64,000 bases of DNA, taken from Longimicrobiales bacterium (GTDB lineage Bacteria; Gemmatimonadota; Gemmatimonadetes; Longimicrobiales; Gaopeijiaceae). Location of the stretch: the NCBI GenBank assembly GCA_965204735.1, contig OZ242008.1:160001-224000 (forward strand). Reading direction: 5' to 3'. Positions 49,379 to 59,548 of this stretch are shown here, one piece after another. The stretch's first letter is position 1. Every line of letters begins with the position of its first letter. The notes under the pieces were generated by a model. That model did no database searches. It was not told where the DNA came from and was given only the letters and a program-made list of their open reading frames with translations. The position numbers and the translations under genes are program-made.

Positions 49379-51214
49379 TCAGAGCTCCTCCTCCAGCCAG
49401 GCGTAGCGCCCGTCCATGGCGGCCCGAGCCGTGCGGTAGGTGCTGGCGTCGTCGTTGCGGAAGACCTGGCGGAACCGGGCCGCGATCCGTCGCCGAGCCA
49501 GCGCGCACGCCTGGTCCGCCAGCTCGAACGGGGCCGGGTCGTCGGGCCGCTCGTCGGCCAGCTTCATCGCCCTGGCGCAGCAGGACGCCATGACGAAGAG
49601 GTCGCAGCCGATGTCCACGAGGCGCCCCAGGACCGCTTGGCGGCGCTCGAGCTTGGGACCGAAGCGGACCATGCAGTGGAAGATCGTCCGGGCCAGCCGA
49701 CGGGAGGCCCGGTCGGCGTAGCGCATGTGGCCGGCCAGCGCGCCGAAGCTCCGGTAGCGGGGCCAGCGGCCCCATCCCAGCCAACGGGAGGGGTACCAGG
49801 CGGCGTAGTGGACCGCCGCCCGAAGCGCCGAGGCCGCCCGCCGCCCCGCCGGCGCGCGGGGGTCGATCATCTCGCCCGCCACCGCCAAGTGCTGGTCCAC
49901 GGCCTCTCGGGCGATGAAGAGCCGCATGATCTCGCTGGACCCCTCGAAGATCATGTTGATCCGCGAGTCCCGCAGGGCGCGCTCAAGGGGCGCCGGGTCC
50001 TCGCCCCGCTGCCGCAGCGAGTCCGCCGTCTCGTACCCTCTGCCGCCCCGGATCTGCACGGCGTCGTTCACCAGCTCCCACGCCTTCTCGCTGTGCCAGA
50101 GCTTGGCCGACGCCGCCTCGAGCCGGATGTCCAGCTTCTTGCCGTCGGAGATCGCGGCCGCCAGCTCCACCGCTGCCGCCATGGCGTAGGTCTCGGCCGC
50201 CATCCGCCCCAGCATCTGGGCGACGGCGTCGTGCTTCCCCACGGGCCGCCCCCACTGGACCCGCTCCGCCGCCCACCGCCGGCACGTGGCCAGGTACGAC
50301 TTGGCCGCCGCCGCGCAGAAGGCCGGCAGGGCCAGCCGTCCGGTGTTGAGGGTGATCAGCGCCAGCTTCAGGCCCAGTCCCTCGCCCCACAGCAGGTTCT
50401 CCCGGGGCACCTTCACGTCCTGGAAGCGGAGCACGCCGTTGGAGATGCCGTTCAGCCCCATGAAGCGGCACTGGTGGCCGTTCTCGACGCCCGGCCACGC
50501 CGTCTCCACGATGAAGGCGCTGATCGGGCGCTTGCCGCGCACCCCCTCCCGCGCCGGAGTCCGCGCCATCACCACGAGAAGCTCGGCCCGGGGACCGTTG
50601 GTCGTCCACAGCTTCTCCCCGTTGAGCACGTAGTGGCTCCCGTCCTCCGACGGCTGGGCGAAGGTGGACATGTTGGCCGGGTCCGATCCCACCATCGGCT
50701 CCGTGAGGGCGAAGGCCGAGAGCGCGCCCGCCGCCGCCCGGGGCAGGTACTCGCGCTTCTGCTCCTCGGTTCCGAAGAGCGCCAAGGGCGTGGGCACGCC
50801 TATGGACTGATGGGCCGAGAGGAAGGCCGCCGTGGAGCCGCACCGCGAGGCCACGATGCCCAGCGCCCGGTTGTAGGAGGTCTGGGAGAGCCCCAGTCCG
50901 CCGTACTCGGTGGGAATCTTGATCCCGTACGCGCCGATCTCGGCCAAGCCCTTCAGCACCGAGTCCGGCACCCACTGCTCCCGGTCCACCGCGTCGCCGT
51001 CCACGTGCTCCTCGACGAACGCCGCCAGCCGCTTCAGGAAGGGCGCGGCCCGGGCCGCCTCCTCCGGGTCCTGCTCCGGGTGCGGATGGATCAGGTCCAG
51101 CGAGAGCCGCCCCCCGAAGAGCTCCTTCATGAAGCTGCGCTTCCGCCACCCTTCCTCGCGCGCGCCCTCGGCGACCGCCCTGGACTCGTCGGCCCCTGCG
51201 GGTCTGCTGCTCAT
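49379..51214 (-). CDS. Acyl-CoA dehydrogenase (ACAD9/VLCAD-like)
   Basis: AFALTEP..GSD, NGEKLWTTNG, QIRGGRGY, IFEGSSEI. Confidence 0.92.
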   Translation of the reverse strand: MSSRPAGADESRAVAEGAREEGWRKRSFMKELFGGRLSLDLIHPHPEQDPEEAARAAPFLKRLAAFVEEHVDGDAVDREQWVPDSVLKGLAEIGAYGIKIPTEYGGLGLSQTSYNRALGIVASRCGSTAAFLSAHQSIGVPTPLALFGTEEQKREYLPRAAAGALSAFALTEPMVGSDPANMSTFAQPSEDGSHYVLNGEKLWTTNGPRAELLVVMARTPAREGVRGKRPISAFIVETAWPGVENGHQCRFMGLNGISNGVLRFQDVKVPRENLLWGEGLGLKLALITLNTGRLALPAFCAAAAKSYLATCRRWAAERVQWGRPVGKHDAVAQMLGRMAAETYAMAAAVELAAAISDGKKLDIRLEAASAKLWHSEKAWELVNDAVQIRGGRGYETADSLRQRGEDPAPLERALRDSRINMIFEGSSEIMRLFIAREAVDQHLAVAGEMIDPRAPAGRRAASALRAAVHYAAWYPSRWLGWGRWPRYRSFGALAGHMRYADRASRRLARTIFHCMVRFGPKLERRQAVLGRLVDIGCDLFVMASCCARAMKLADERPDDPAPFELADQACALARRRIAARFRQVFRNDDASTYRTARAAMDGRYAWLEEEL

Positions 51215-52440
51215 CGGCTTCCTGCTCCTTCCTCGGCGGGCGCCGGCGGAGGCCCGACCAAGGCTGCCAGCTCCTCGTGGCGAGCCTCGGCGTCGGCCTC
51301 GCCCACCCGGATCAGCTCCGCCACGTAGTCGGGCTGAAACATGATCATACTAAGGAAGTCCGGCGCCTCCGTCTGCCGGGTCCCCAGCCCCCGCGTCATG
51401 AAGCGCAGCCCCTTGGGCAGGTCGGGCTCGTAGCGGCTCGCCAGCCGGCCCAGGTCCACCGACGGCCGGATCGTCACCAGCTTCACCACCCGCAGCCCCA
51501 GCCTGCGCTCCGGCGGCAGCTGGGCGACCAGGGCGTTGATCCGGTCCAGCAGGTGCCCGTCCTGGTCCAGCACGTCGAGGAAGACCGAGTTGAGGAGGAT
51601 GCCTGCGACTTGGGCCGGCGGGGGGTAGCCCGTGACCGAGGGCGCGTCCGCCTCCGACGCCGTGCGCTCCCGCCGCGTGCTGACCGCCAGGATGCGGGAG
51701 GCGCCCAGGTGAAGCGCGGGCGCGAGAGGGGCCGTGAGGCGGATGCCGCCGTCGCCGAACCAGTGGGCGCCGAGCCGCACCGCGGGGAAGACCAGCGGCA
51801 GCGCGGCCGAGGCCATGACGTGGTCGACCGAGAGGGTCGTCACTCGGGAGCGCCGGTTCGGCTTCTGCCACTCCTCGATGTCGTGGCCCTGGGTCCAGGT
51901 GACCGACTGGCCCGTGGAGTAGTTGGTCGTGCTCAGCGCCACCGCCTTCAGCCTTCCTGTGCGCAAGTTGTAGTTGATCCCCGTCAGCTCGCCGCGCACC
52001 GCGTGGAGCGCCTCGACCAAGTAGGCCCGCAGCGGGTCGGTGTCCAGCAGCCCCACCGCCCGCGGCGGACGCTTCCCGCCCCCGGACACGAGCTGCCGGC
52101 CCCAGCGCGCGACGTGGCGCGCCAGCGACCACGGGTCGGTGCGGAAGACCTTCTCGGTGCTCAACTCGGACCAGAGGTGGTGCAGCTCCTCGGCGGCCTG
52201 CTCGAAGGTGCCGTGGTGGGCGGCGAAGTGCGCCGCGTTGATCGCCCCCGCGCTCACGCCGGTGATGATCGGCGCCTCGAGCCGGGGGAAGCGGCGCGCC
52301 AGGGAGCGGAGCACCCCCACCTGGTACGCGGCCCTCGCCCCGCCGCCGCTCATGACGAACGCCAGGTCGCCGCCGGGCGCCGCGACGCCCTCGCCCCGCT
52401 TCGCCTGTTCCTCGCCCCGCGCTGGGTCCTTGCTCCGCAT
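51211..52440 (-). CDS. Patatin-like phospholipase
   Basis: SGGGARAAYQ, GVSAG, DGG. Confidence 0.9.
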   Translation of the reverse strand: MRSKDPARGEEQAKRGEGVAAPGGDLAFVMSGGGARAAYQVGVLRSLARRFPRLEAPIITGVSAGAINAAHFAAHHGTFEQAAEELHHLWSELSTEKVFRTDPWSLARHVARWGRQLVSGGGKRPPRAVGLLDTDPLRAYLVEALHAVRGELTGINYNLRTGRLKAVALSTTNYSTGQSVTWTQGHDIEEWQKPNRRSRVTTLSVDHVMASAALPLVFPAVRLGAHWFGDGGIRLTAPLAPALHLGASRILAVSTRRERTASEADAPSVTGYPPPAQVAGILLNSVFLDVLDQDGHLLDRINALVAQLPPERRLGLRVVKLVTIRPSVDLGRLASRYEPDLPKGLRFMTRGLGTRQTEAPDFLSMIMFQPDYVAELIRVGEADAEARHEELAALVGPPPAPAEEGAGSR

Positions 52441-52511
52441 TGCCGGCTCCGTTGAAGGGGGAGGCGTCCGGTCAAGATACCCTTGCTTGACGCATCGGCG
52501 CATGGTCCCAA

Positions 52512-55124
52512 ATGTCCAGCGTGGCCAAGGGACTTCTCGCCGGGGGATCGCTGGCCGCCGCGCTGCTGGCGACGCTGGCGGTTCAGGCGGCGGACAGGGG
52601 GCCGCGCCGTTCCGCCCCTCGCGCCGCCGTCCCGGCCGGCGCCCAGGCGGCCTCCGACTACGCGGGCGCCGAAGCCTGCCGAAGCTGCCACGCGGACCAC
52701 TTTGACGCCTGGGCGTCGTCCACCCACGGAACCGCCGGCGGCCCCCCGGGACCGGAGACGGTGATCGCCCCCTTCGGCGGTCCCCCGATCCGCTTTGCCG
52801 ACGCCGTGGTGTCGCCCCGGGTGGACGCCGACCGGTACCTCTTCGTCGTGGAGCGTCGGGGCCGTCCGCCGCTTCGCTACCAAGTCTCGGGCGTCGTCGG
52901 CCGGGGCCACATGGTGGGCGGAGGGACCCAAGGCTTCCTCTCCGCCTTTCCCGACGGCACCGAGCGCTTCCTTCCCTTCGACTGGTCCGCGGACGCCGAA
53001 GCGTGGTTCTGCAACACGGCCTTCGTGGGCGGCTTCTGGGTTCCGGGCGCGGACCGGGCGGCGCTCCGTGCCGACGCGGGATGGCTCCCGATCACCCCGG
53101 AGACGCGCCTGACCGAGTGCGGCGACTGGCCGCCCGTCCGGGTCATGGGCTCCACCCGCCGCTTCGCCAACTGCCAGAACTGCCACGGCAGCGGCGTCGA
53201 GGTCGCCTACCTTCCCGACGATCGCCGCTACGAGACCGCGATCGCGACCCTCCGGATCGACTGCGAATCGTGCCACGGTCCCGCCGCCGACCACGTGGAG
53301 CGCGCCCGCTCCGGCCTCCTCGCCTCTTCGCCCGACCTGGGCCTTCCCGCCCTGGACACCCTGGACGTCGACCAGTCCCTGGCGGTCTGCTTCCAATGCC
53401 ACGCCCTGAAGCGGTCGCTGGAGGACTCGCCGCCCCCGGACCCGTCGCCGAGCGGCCGGCCGCGCCGCCCCCCTGCGCGGTACAGCCTGGGGCTGCCCCT
53501 CGTGGGCGACTCGCCCTACCTCCCCGACGGCCGCATCCGCACCTTCGGCTACCAGCAGACCCACCGCAGCAGCGCCTGCTACCTCTCGGGCGCCATGACC
53601 TGCGTGGATTGCCACGACCCTCACTCCCAGTCCTACCGAGACCCCTTCGGCGCGCCCCTGGCCGGCCGCTGGGACGACGGCCAGTGCACCGCCTGCCACG
53701 CCAGCAAGGCCGCGGACCCGGAGTCCCACACCTTCCACCCGACCGCCTCCGACGGCGCCCGATGCGTCTCGTGCCACATGCCCTACGTCCAGCACCCGGA
53801 GCTGTCGGACGCGATCCCCTACGCCCGCTCCGACCACACGATTCCCGTCCCGCGCCCCGGCTTCGACGAGGCGGCGGGGCTGCCGTCGGCGTGCGCGGGC
53901 TGCCACCAGGACCGGACGCCGGCGGCCCTCGCCGAGCAGGTTGCGGAGTGGTGGGGGGAGCTGAGGCCGCACCGCCCGGAGGTCGCCGCGCTCTTCTCGG
54001 CGGCCTTTCCGGGCGCGGCAACTCCCGCCCGACCGCCCTCCGGCGCCCCGCCCCAGCCGACCCGCCCGGAAGACTTGGCCGCCCCCGCCCGTCCCCACGC
54101 CCCCGGCGCTTACGGCGCCCCCGCCGCCCCACCCGCCCCCTCGGCCCAGGCAACTTCCTCGGCCCAGGCAACTTCCTCGGCCCATGCCGCCCTCGCGGCT
54201 CCAGCCGCCTCCTCGGCCCAAGCCACCCTCGCGGCCCTGACCGAGGCCGCCGCCCTTGGCGAGCGCTACGCCCTTGCCAAGCTCATGGCGCTGAACGCCT
54301 GGGTCCTGGGCGCGGCCGCCTCGCCGGACCGCGTGGTCGTCCCGGCGGCCACCGCAGCGCTGACCGTCCTGGCCGGCGATCCCGACGTCGACGTCCGCGC
54401 CGTCGCCGCGGCCGCGCTTCACGCCACCCACGACGACGACCACCCGGCCCTTCACGCCCTCCTCGTCGCGCCGACGGCCCCTCCGTCCTCGACCCCCTCT
54501 CTGCCGCCCTCCACCGCTCAGTCCCGCGCCGCAGGCGTCCGCGTCCGCTGGGCCGCCGCTCTCTCCCAGTGGGCGGCGGCGCTCTCCCGCTCTCACGGCC
54601 CGGCGGCGGCCCTCCCCTTCCTGCAACGAGCGCGGCAACTCCGCCCGACCGATCCGGAGGCGCTGATCGGCCTCGCCGCAGGGCTGGCGGCGGTCGGCAA
54701 CCACGCCCAGGCCGTGGGAGTCTACCAGGACGCCCTTGGCCTCGATCCCGACCACCCGGTCGCCCTGGTCAACCTCGGGCTGGGCCTCGAGGCCCTGGGC
54801 CGCGACGCCGAAGCCGAGGCCGCCTACGACCGGGCCGCGACGGCAAGACCGAGCGAGGCTCTGGCGCACTTCAACCTGGGCAACGCCCGCTTCCGCCGCG
54901 GCGACCTGCTGGGCGCGGGCGTCGCGTACCGCGCCGCCGTCGAATCCGATCCGGGCTTGGCCCGCGCCCACTTCTACCTCGCCGTCGTCCTCGTCAACGG
55001 CGGTGGCGATCTGGAGGAAGCCCTTTCGGCCCTGTACAGCGCCGCCGAGTTCGCCCCCGACGACGAAAAGGTCCGTCGCGTTCTCCAGCAGGTGGAAGCG
55101 GCGGTGAACAGGCCGGGCGGCTAA
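52512..55124 (+). CDS. Multiheme c-type cytochrome (8 CxxCH) with C-terminal TPR repeats
   Basis: CRSCH, CQNCH, CESCH, CFQCH, CVDCH, CTACH, CVSCH, CAGCH; TPR ALVNLG/AHFNLG; signal peptide. Confidence 0.9.
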   Translation: MSSVAKGLLAGGSLAAALLATLAVQAADRGPRRSAPRAAVPAGAQAASDYAGAEACRSCHADHFDAWASSTHGTAGGPPGPETVIAPFGGPPIRFADAVVSPRVDADRYLFVVERRGRPPLRYQVSGVVGRGHMVGGGTQGFLSAFPDGTERFLPFDWSADAEAWFCNTAFVGGFWVPGADRAALRADAGWLPITPETRLTECGDWPPVRVMGSTRRFANCQNCHGSGVEVAYLPDDRRYETAIATLRIDCESCHGPAADHVERARSGLLASSPDLGLPALDTLDVDQSLAVCFQCHALKRSLEDSPPPDPSPSGRPRRPPARYSLGLPLVGDSPYLPDGRIRTFGYQQTHRSSACYLSGAMTCVDCHDPHSQSYRDPFGAPLAGRWDDGQCTACHASKAADPESHTFHPTASDGARCVSCHMPYVQHPELSDAIPYARSDHTIPVPRPGFDEAAGLPSACAGCHQDRTPAALAEQVAEWWGELRPHRPEVAALFSAAFPGAATPARPPSGAPPQPTRPEDLAAPARPHAPGAYGAPAAPPAPSAQATSSAQATSSAHAALAAPAASSAQATLAALTEAAALGERYALAKLMALNAWVLGAAASPDRVVVPAATAALTVLAGDPDVDVRAVAAAALHATHDDDHPALHALLVAPTAPPSSTPSLPPSTAQSRAAGVRVRWAAALSQWAAALSRSHGPAAALPFLQRARQLRPTDPEALIGLAAGLAAVGNHAQAVGVYQDALGLDPDHPVALVNLGLGLEALGRDAEAEAAYDRAATARPSEALAHFNLGNARFRRGDLLGAGVAYRAAVESDPGLARAHFYLAVVLVNGGGDLEEALSALYSAAEFAPDDEKVRRVLQQVEAAVNRPGG

Positions 55125-55361
55125 GGAGCGGCGCGCAGGCCTCTGCGGGCGGTGTGCCAATTTTGATATACCACGGGAGCGGCTTGCGGCGTCTCCATAT
55201 ATGTCGGCAGGAACCGACAGGCTCACGGGGGAGGACTCGCACCTTCCCGGAATTCAGAATCTCTACCAGGAGACAGCAGCATGACTTACCTCCGCAAGCT
55301 CGCCCGGCTCTTCCGTCGCGCCGTCGCGACGGTCGCCTTCGGCCAGGGCACTCCCCAGTCG
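54115..55361 (+). repeat. Left anchor repeat, copy 1 (TPR 3' end + class B promoter + MTYLRK leader)
   Basis: Near-identical to about 57355-58467. Confidence 0.9.
55154..55198 (+). promoter_or_regulatory. Class B promoter-like motif GTGCCAATTYTGATATACCACG-N10-GCGGCGTCTCCAT
   Basis: Also at 58255-58299 and, independently, at 63687-63731 with the same spacing. Confidence 0.7.
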
Positions 55362-55817
55362 GTCACGCTGAAGAGCAGGGTGGCCACGACATTCCCGACT
55401 CCGACAAACCGCTCCAACTCCCCCAGGTCACGGGTCAGAACCTTCCGGCACGGTCGTGGGCAAGACCCCGGATCACTCTGGGACAAGACCGGGCAAAGCC
55501 GCTGCTACATGGCCAACACCGGAGTCAGCGTTCTCGTAGCTGGGCTGGCATTCCTGCAACTTGGTTGTGACGCGACATCGCCGTCGCACGATTCACAACC
55601 GATAGTTGTCGAAGCCCGACCGGCTGTAACCGAGCGCGGAACACTACAGGTTCGGCTGACCAGCAGCAGAAACGCCGTTGCCGGTGTTCCAGTCGTTCTT
55701 CGCGTCTACGACCTGGCAGGAAACGTCGTGGACGAACGGAAGTTTGCTTCTCTGCAGGACGTCGCGGCAGGCGCCGTATTCACGGACGACAGCACTGAGA
55801 CGGAGGGCGAACGATGA
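55281..55817 (+). CDS. Hypothetical lipoprotein-like protein with MTYLRK leader
   Basis: GGAG RBS; internal lipobox-like VLVAGLAFLQLGC; ATGA overlap with the next gene; alternative start at 55509. Confidence 0.55.
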   Translation: MTYLRKLARLFRRAVATVAFGQGTPQSVTLKSRVATTFPTPTNRSNSPRSRVRTFRHGRGQDPGSLWDKTGQSRCYMANTGVSVLVAGLAFLQLGCDATSPSHDSQPIVVEARPAVTERGTLQVRLTSSRNAVAGVPVVLRVYDLAGNVVDERKFASLQDVAAGAVFTDDSTETEGER

Positions 55818-56407
55818 AGCCATGGGCCAGGGCCGTATCCGCCGTTCTGTTGATCACTACGGCAACCCTCCCCGCATCGTTGGTCGCTGTAGAATCCGCT
55901 TCCCTCAATCGTCCTCTGGACGTAACTGTCGAGCTGTCGGCTCTGGAATGCCGCGCAGACGGCAACGTTGTCTTCAGCGCAACAGGCTCCTCTGGAGGCT
56001 TCGCGGCCGAAGCGGTTCGTGACGCCATCCCTTCCTGCGAGGTGGACTGGACGGCGGCCGTAACGGGTTGTACGACGTGCTTCACATCCGTCATGTTCCT
56101 CGTGGGCGGCGCATGGGCTGTTCGAGCTGCACACTTGGGCATGAGGCTCGCCATTGCCATGACCAGAGGCCAAGCCCGGGCAGCGATGTTCGCTGCCGGG
56201 TTCACCTTCGCTGGCGTCTTGTCCCAGCTCTTGCCTGGATGTCGCGGGTGCTTTTCTGCAACGTGCGTGCGTGAGTTGGCTCGAGGCGTGATGGAGGCGA
56301 TTGAGCAGTTGTTCACGTCTCCCCTCTGGTCGTGCGCGAACGCGGACGTCAATGCCGAGTTGGAGTGCCTGATTGGGATCAACGACGATGGCGAGATCGA
56401 ATACTAG
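55814..56407 (+). CDS. Secreted Cys-rich (9 Cys) hydrophobic hairpin protein, bacteriocin-like candidate
   Basis: Signal peptide; GCTTCF...hydrophobic core...GCRGCF. Confidence 0.65.
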   Translation: MKPWARAVSAVLLITTATLPASLVAVESASLNRPLDVTVELSALECRADGNVVFSATGSSGGFAAEAVRDAIPSCEVDWTAAVTGCTTCFTSVMFLVGGAWAVRAAHLGMRLAIAMTRGQARAAMFAAGFTFAGVLSQLLPGCRGCFSATCVRELARGVMEAIEQLFTSPLWSCANADVNAELECLIGINDDGEIEY

Positions 56408-56627
56408 CACTGGCACCGTCGAGAAGGTCGCTAGGTATCGGCGCCGAGCTCGATGCGCGGTGATCGTTGCGGTAGCGATGGCGACGGTGGGACCGGTCGT
56501 GGACCCGTCCCTGGAAGCGATAGTGTCGGCGGTGACGGCGTGGGCCGCCGGCACTATCATCTGGCTGATCGCGGACATCTCCAAGGCGGTCGTTGACTGC
56601 GCCGACGGGCAGGACTGCGAGGACTAG
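56388..56627 (+). CDS. Small 2-TM protein (immunity-like candidate)
   Basis: Two hydrophobic segments; overlaps the end of the Cys-rich gene. Confidence 0.5.
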   Translation: MARSNTSTGTVEKVARYRRRARCAVIVAVAMATVGPVVDPSLEAIVSAVTAWAAGTIIWLIADISKAVVDCADGQDCED

Positions 56628-56710
56628 GTTGGCAACCGCCAAATGGGAAGTGGACGGGACCACCGTCACGGAAAAATGGCTCGAATGCTTTGAACCGGAG
56701 TGGTAGAGAA

Positions 56711-57271
56711 ATGATGAAGCTACTTGAGCGTCAAGTCCCGCTCTGGCTGATCTTGGTCTGCTTCGTCACCATGGCGACGACACTCGTGGTGGCGGCTTGG
56801 TTGTCTTCACGACCGGCCGACGAACCGACCGTCGTGAACGTCGTGGACGTCGTCTGGACGGACGGACGGCTGGAGATGCCCAACCCGGAAGCGTTCACGG
56901 AAGGGCACGACGGCCCTGTCGCTTTTCGCATCATTGAGGACGGAGAGGTCGTCATGGAGTTCGCAGGGGCGAACTTGGCGGAAGCACGCCAGAAGCTCGA
57001 GCAAGCATCCATGGAATACCTCGAGGAGATGGCCGGCCGACCGGATGCGTCTCAGGCGCTGCGGGCTCTTGTAGAGCTGAGAGAAAGCCTCCCGTCCGAT
57101 TCTTCCATCAGGCTTATGACGGCCGACCAACTGACTCGTTTGCTGGAGACGATGGAACCGCTGTTGGCGGCTGGTTATGCCGACATGCCGGCGGAGGAGC
57201 AGGCCAAGGTGCTCTCGGGCGTGAAGGAAGCCGTGAACGCCGTGAAGTCGGAGGTGGCGAAGGACTCCTGA
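56711..57271 (+). CDS. Membrane-anchored hypothetical protein (DEPTVV family, paralog of 58387-59061)
   Basis: SRPADEPTVV..DVVW..DGPV..ESLP...I.LMT..TRLLE..EPLLAA. Confidence 0.75.
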   Translation: MMKLLERQVPLWLILVCFVTMATTLVVAAWLSSRPADEPTVVNVVDVVWTDGRLEMPNPEAFTEGHDGPVAFRIIEDGEVVMEFAGANLAEARQKLEQASMEYLEEMAGRPDASQALRALVELRESLPSDSSIRLMTADQLTRLLETMEPLLAAGYADMPAEEQAKVLSGVKEAVNAVKSEVAKDS

Positions 57272-57345
57272 CTCCGGGACCGACGGACCGGCCTGGCGAG
57301 CAGGCGGTCACGCTCCCGAGGGCTGGTCCAGTTCGTTATCCACGC
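57223..57345 (+). repeat. Right anchor repeat, copy 1 (about 120 bp)
   Basis: gaaggaagccgtgaacgccgtgaagtcggagg..ggtccagttcgtt..ccacgc recurs at 60967-61086. Confidence 0.9.
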
Positions 57346-57354
57346 ACGCGCGCA

Positions 57355-58225
57355 GCGCCCCTGCCGCCCCACCCGCCCTCGCGGTCCAGGCAATGCCTTC
57401 GGCCCAGGGCGGCCCTCTCGGCCCAAAGCCACCCTCGCCGCCCCGACCGAGGCCGCCGCCCTTGGCGAGCGCCACGCCCTTGCCAAGCTCATGGCGCCTG
57501 AACGCCTGGGTCCTGGGCACGGCCGCCTCGCCGGACCGGGCGGTCGTCCCGGCGGCCACCGCAGTGCCCTGACCGTCCTGACCGGCGATCCCGACATCGA
57601 CGTCCGCGCGGTCGCCGCGGCTGCGCTTCACGCCACCCACGACGACGACCACCCGGCCCTTCGCCCCCTCCTAGCCGCGCCAGCGGCCCCTCCGTCCTCG
57701 GCCCCCTCTCCGCTGCCCTCCACCGCAACGAGCGCGGCAACTCCGCCCGACCGATCCGGAGGTGCTGATCGGCCTCGCCGCAGGGCTGGCGGCGGCCGGC
57801 AACCATGCCCAGGCCGTGGGAGTCTACAGGACGCCCTTGGCCTCGATCCCGACCACCCGGTCGCCCTGGTCAACCTCGGGCTGGGCCTCGAGGCCCTGGG
57901 CCGCGACGCCGAAGCCGAGGCCGCCTACGATCGGGCCGCGACGGCAAGACCGAGCGAGGCTCTGGCGCACTTCAACCTGGGCAACGCCCGCTTCCGCCGC
58001 GGCGACCTGCTGGGCGCGGGCGTCGCGTACCGGGCCGCCGTCGAATCCGATCCGGGCTTGGCCCGCGCCCACTTCTACCTCGCCGTCGTCCTCGTCAACG
58101 GCGGCGGCGATCTGGAGGAAGCCCTTTCGGCCCTCTACAGCGCCGCCGAGTTCGCCCCCGACGACGAAGAGGTCCGTCGCGTTCTCCAGCAGGTGGAAGC
58201 GGCGGTGAACAGGCCGGGCGGCTAA
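57355..58225 (+). pseudogene. Degraded duplicate of the 3' part of the multiheme-TPR gene
   Basis: Near-identical to 54115-55124 with deletions and frameshifts (e.g. gtctacagg vs gtctaccagg). Confidence 0.9.
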
Positions 58226-58254
58226 GGAGCGGCGCGCAGGCCTCTGCGGGCGGT

Positions 58255-58299
58255 GTGCCAATTTTGATATACCACGGGAGCGGCTTGCGGCGTCTCCAT
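58255..58299 (+). promoter_or_regulatory. Class B promoter-like motif, copy 2
   Basis: Identical to 55154-55198 (part of the duplication). Confidence 0.65.
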
Positions 58300-58386
58300 A
58301 TATGTCGGCAGGAACCGACAGGCTCGCGTCGCGAGGAGGCTCGCACCCTTCCCGGAATTCAGAATCCTCTACCAGGAGACAGCAGC

Positions 58387-59061
58387 ATGACTTACCTTCG
58401 CAAGCTCGCCCGGCTCTTCCGTCGCGCCGTCGCGACGGTCGCCTTCGGCCAGGGCGCTCCCCAGTCGCAAGTCCGGCCGAACCAAGCCCCGGTCCGCCGC
58501 GGCTTCTCCCACCGCGGCCTCGCCCTGGTGCCGCTGCTCAGGTTCAGGCATGGACTGACGGTGGGCGTCATAGCGATCGCGATGTCCGCCAGCGGCTGCA
58601 CGGACGCGTTTTCGCGGCCGGTCGATGAGCCGACCGTCGTTGACGTCGTCTGGAGGAACGGCCGTGTGGAACTCGCCGATCCAGAAGTCGCGCTGGAGCG
58701 GCCCGACGGCCCTGTCAGGGTTCGCTTCATCAAGGACGACGAGGTAGTCAAGGAATACGCCGCCGGAAGCTTGGCGCAGGCACGGGCGGAAATGGAGCGT
58801 GACGTCCGGAACAAGTGGAAGGATATGGCCAGGCGCCCGGGCGCATTGCCCGAAACCAGGGCGTGGGCAGAGCTGATGGAGAGCCTCCCTACCGAGTCTG
58901 CCATCATGCTCATGACGGACGAAGAACGGACGCGCCTGTTGGAGGCGGTGGAGCCGTTGCTGGCGGCTAGTCGCCGCGACATGAGGGCGGAGGAGCGTGC
59001 CAGGATGCTGTCCGACGTTAGAGAAACCGTGAACGCCTTGATGTCGGAGGTGGCAAAATGA
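58387..59061 (+). CDS. Lipoprotein-like DEPTVV family protein with MTYLRK leader
   Basis: Same first 23 aa as 55281; lipobox-like ASGC; body paralogous to 56711-57271. Confidence 0.7.
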   Translation: MTYLRKLARLFRRAVATVAFGQGAPQSQVRPNQAPVRRGFSHRGLALVPLLRFRHGLTVGVIAIAMSASGCTDAFSRPVDEPTVVDVVWRNGRVELADPEVALERPDGPVRVRFIKDDEVVKEYAAGSLAQARAEMERDVRNKWKDMARRPGALPETRAWAELMESLPTESAIMLMTDEERTRLLEAVEPLLAASRRDMRAEERARMLSDVRETVNALMSEVAK

Positions 59062-59534
59062 TGATGGCACGTGGCTTGGTCTTCATCCTTCTCCTCCTCG
59101 GCGCGGCCTTCGCTGCCGAGCCAGCGGAAGCCGCCGTAGCCCCGGACGCCGAAGTCACTTCGGTCAACACCTGTCCGATCCCCCAACGCAACTGCTCGAG
59201 GTCGGAGGCATGGGAAATGGGCATCAACTGCGGGGCATGCTTCGTCGAAGTGTTCCTGTGCCCGTTCGCGATCGGGGCCGTCTACATAGCTCCGGACCCT
59301 GCGTCAAAAGCGGCTGCGATCCTTGCCGCGCTCATCACGTGTCTGGGTCCATTCCAGTCGTGCACGCAGTGTGTCAGGGCGGCCCACCGCTGCGGCGACG
59401 AAGCCAAGGAGCGGGCGGCGCGAGAGCACCTGCGGGCGACCATGGAACGCATTCGTCGTCTGGAGGAGATGCTGATCCCAGGCAATGGTAACGAGTGCGA
59501 AGAGAGCGCTCCTGATTGCCATACTCCCCACTGA
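59058..59534 (+). CDS. Secreted Cys-rich (11 Cys) hairpin protein, bacteriocin-like candidate
   Basis: Signal peptide (..GAAFA/AEA); CxxC-x6-C...C-x6-CxxC; ATGA overlap; GGAGG RBS. Confidence 0.7.
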   Translation: MMMARGLVFILLLLGAAFAAEPAEAAVAPDAEVTSVNTCPIPQRNCSRSEAWEMGINCGACFVEVFLCPFAIGAVYIAPDPASKAAAILAALITCLGPFQSCTQCVRAAHRCGDEAKERAAREHLRATMERIRRLEEMLIPGNGNECEESAPDCHTPH

Positions 59535-59548
59535 GCGGAGAGGCTAAC

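Noticed and set aside
54141..54180. 18-bp tandem repeat (SAQATS x2)
   Set aside because: Ordinary low-complexity linker within the cytochrome-TPR gene.
52350..55570. Very long antisense/alternative-frame ORFs (also 6788-8890, 18448-21198, 39183-42857, 61171-63915)
   Set aside because: Arg/Gly/Pro-rich shadow ORFs typical of high-GC DNA, overlapping genes that have clear motifs.
55814..59534. CxxC motifs as heme c sites or RiPP cores
   Set aside because: No His after CxxC, and no radical SAM, LanM, YcaO or glycosyltransferase gene in the window.
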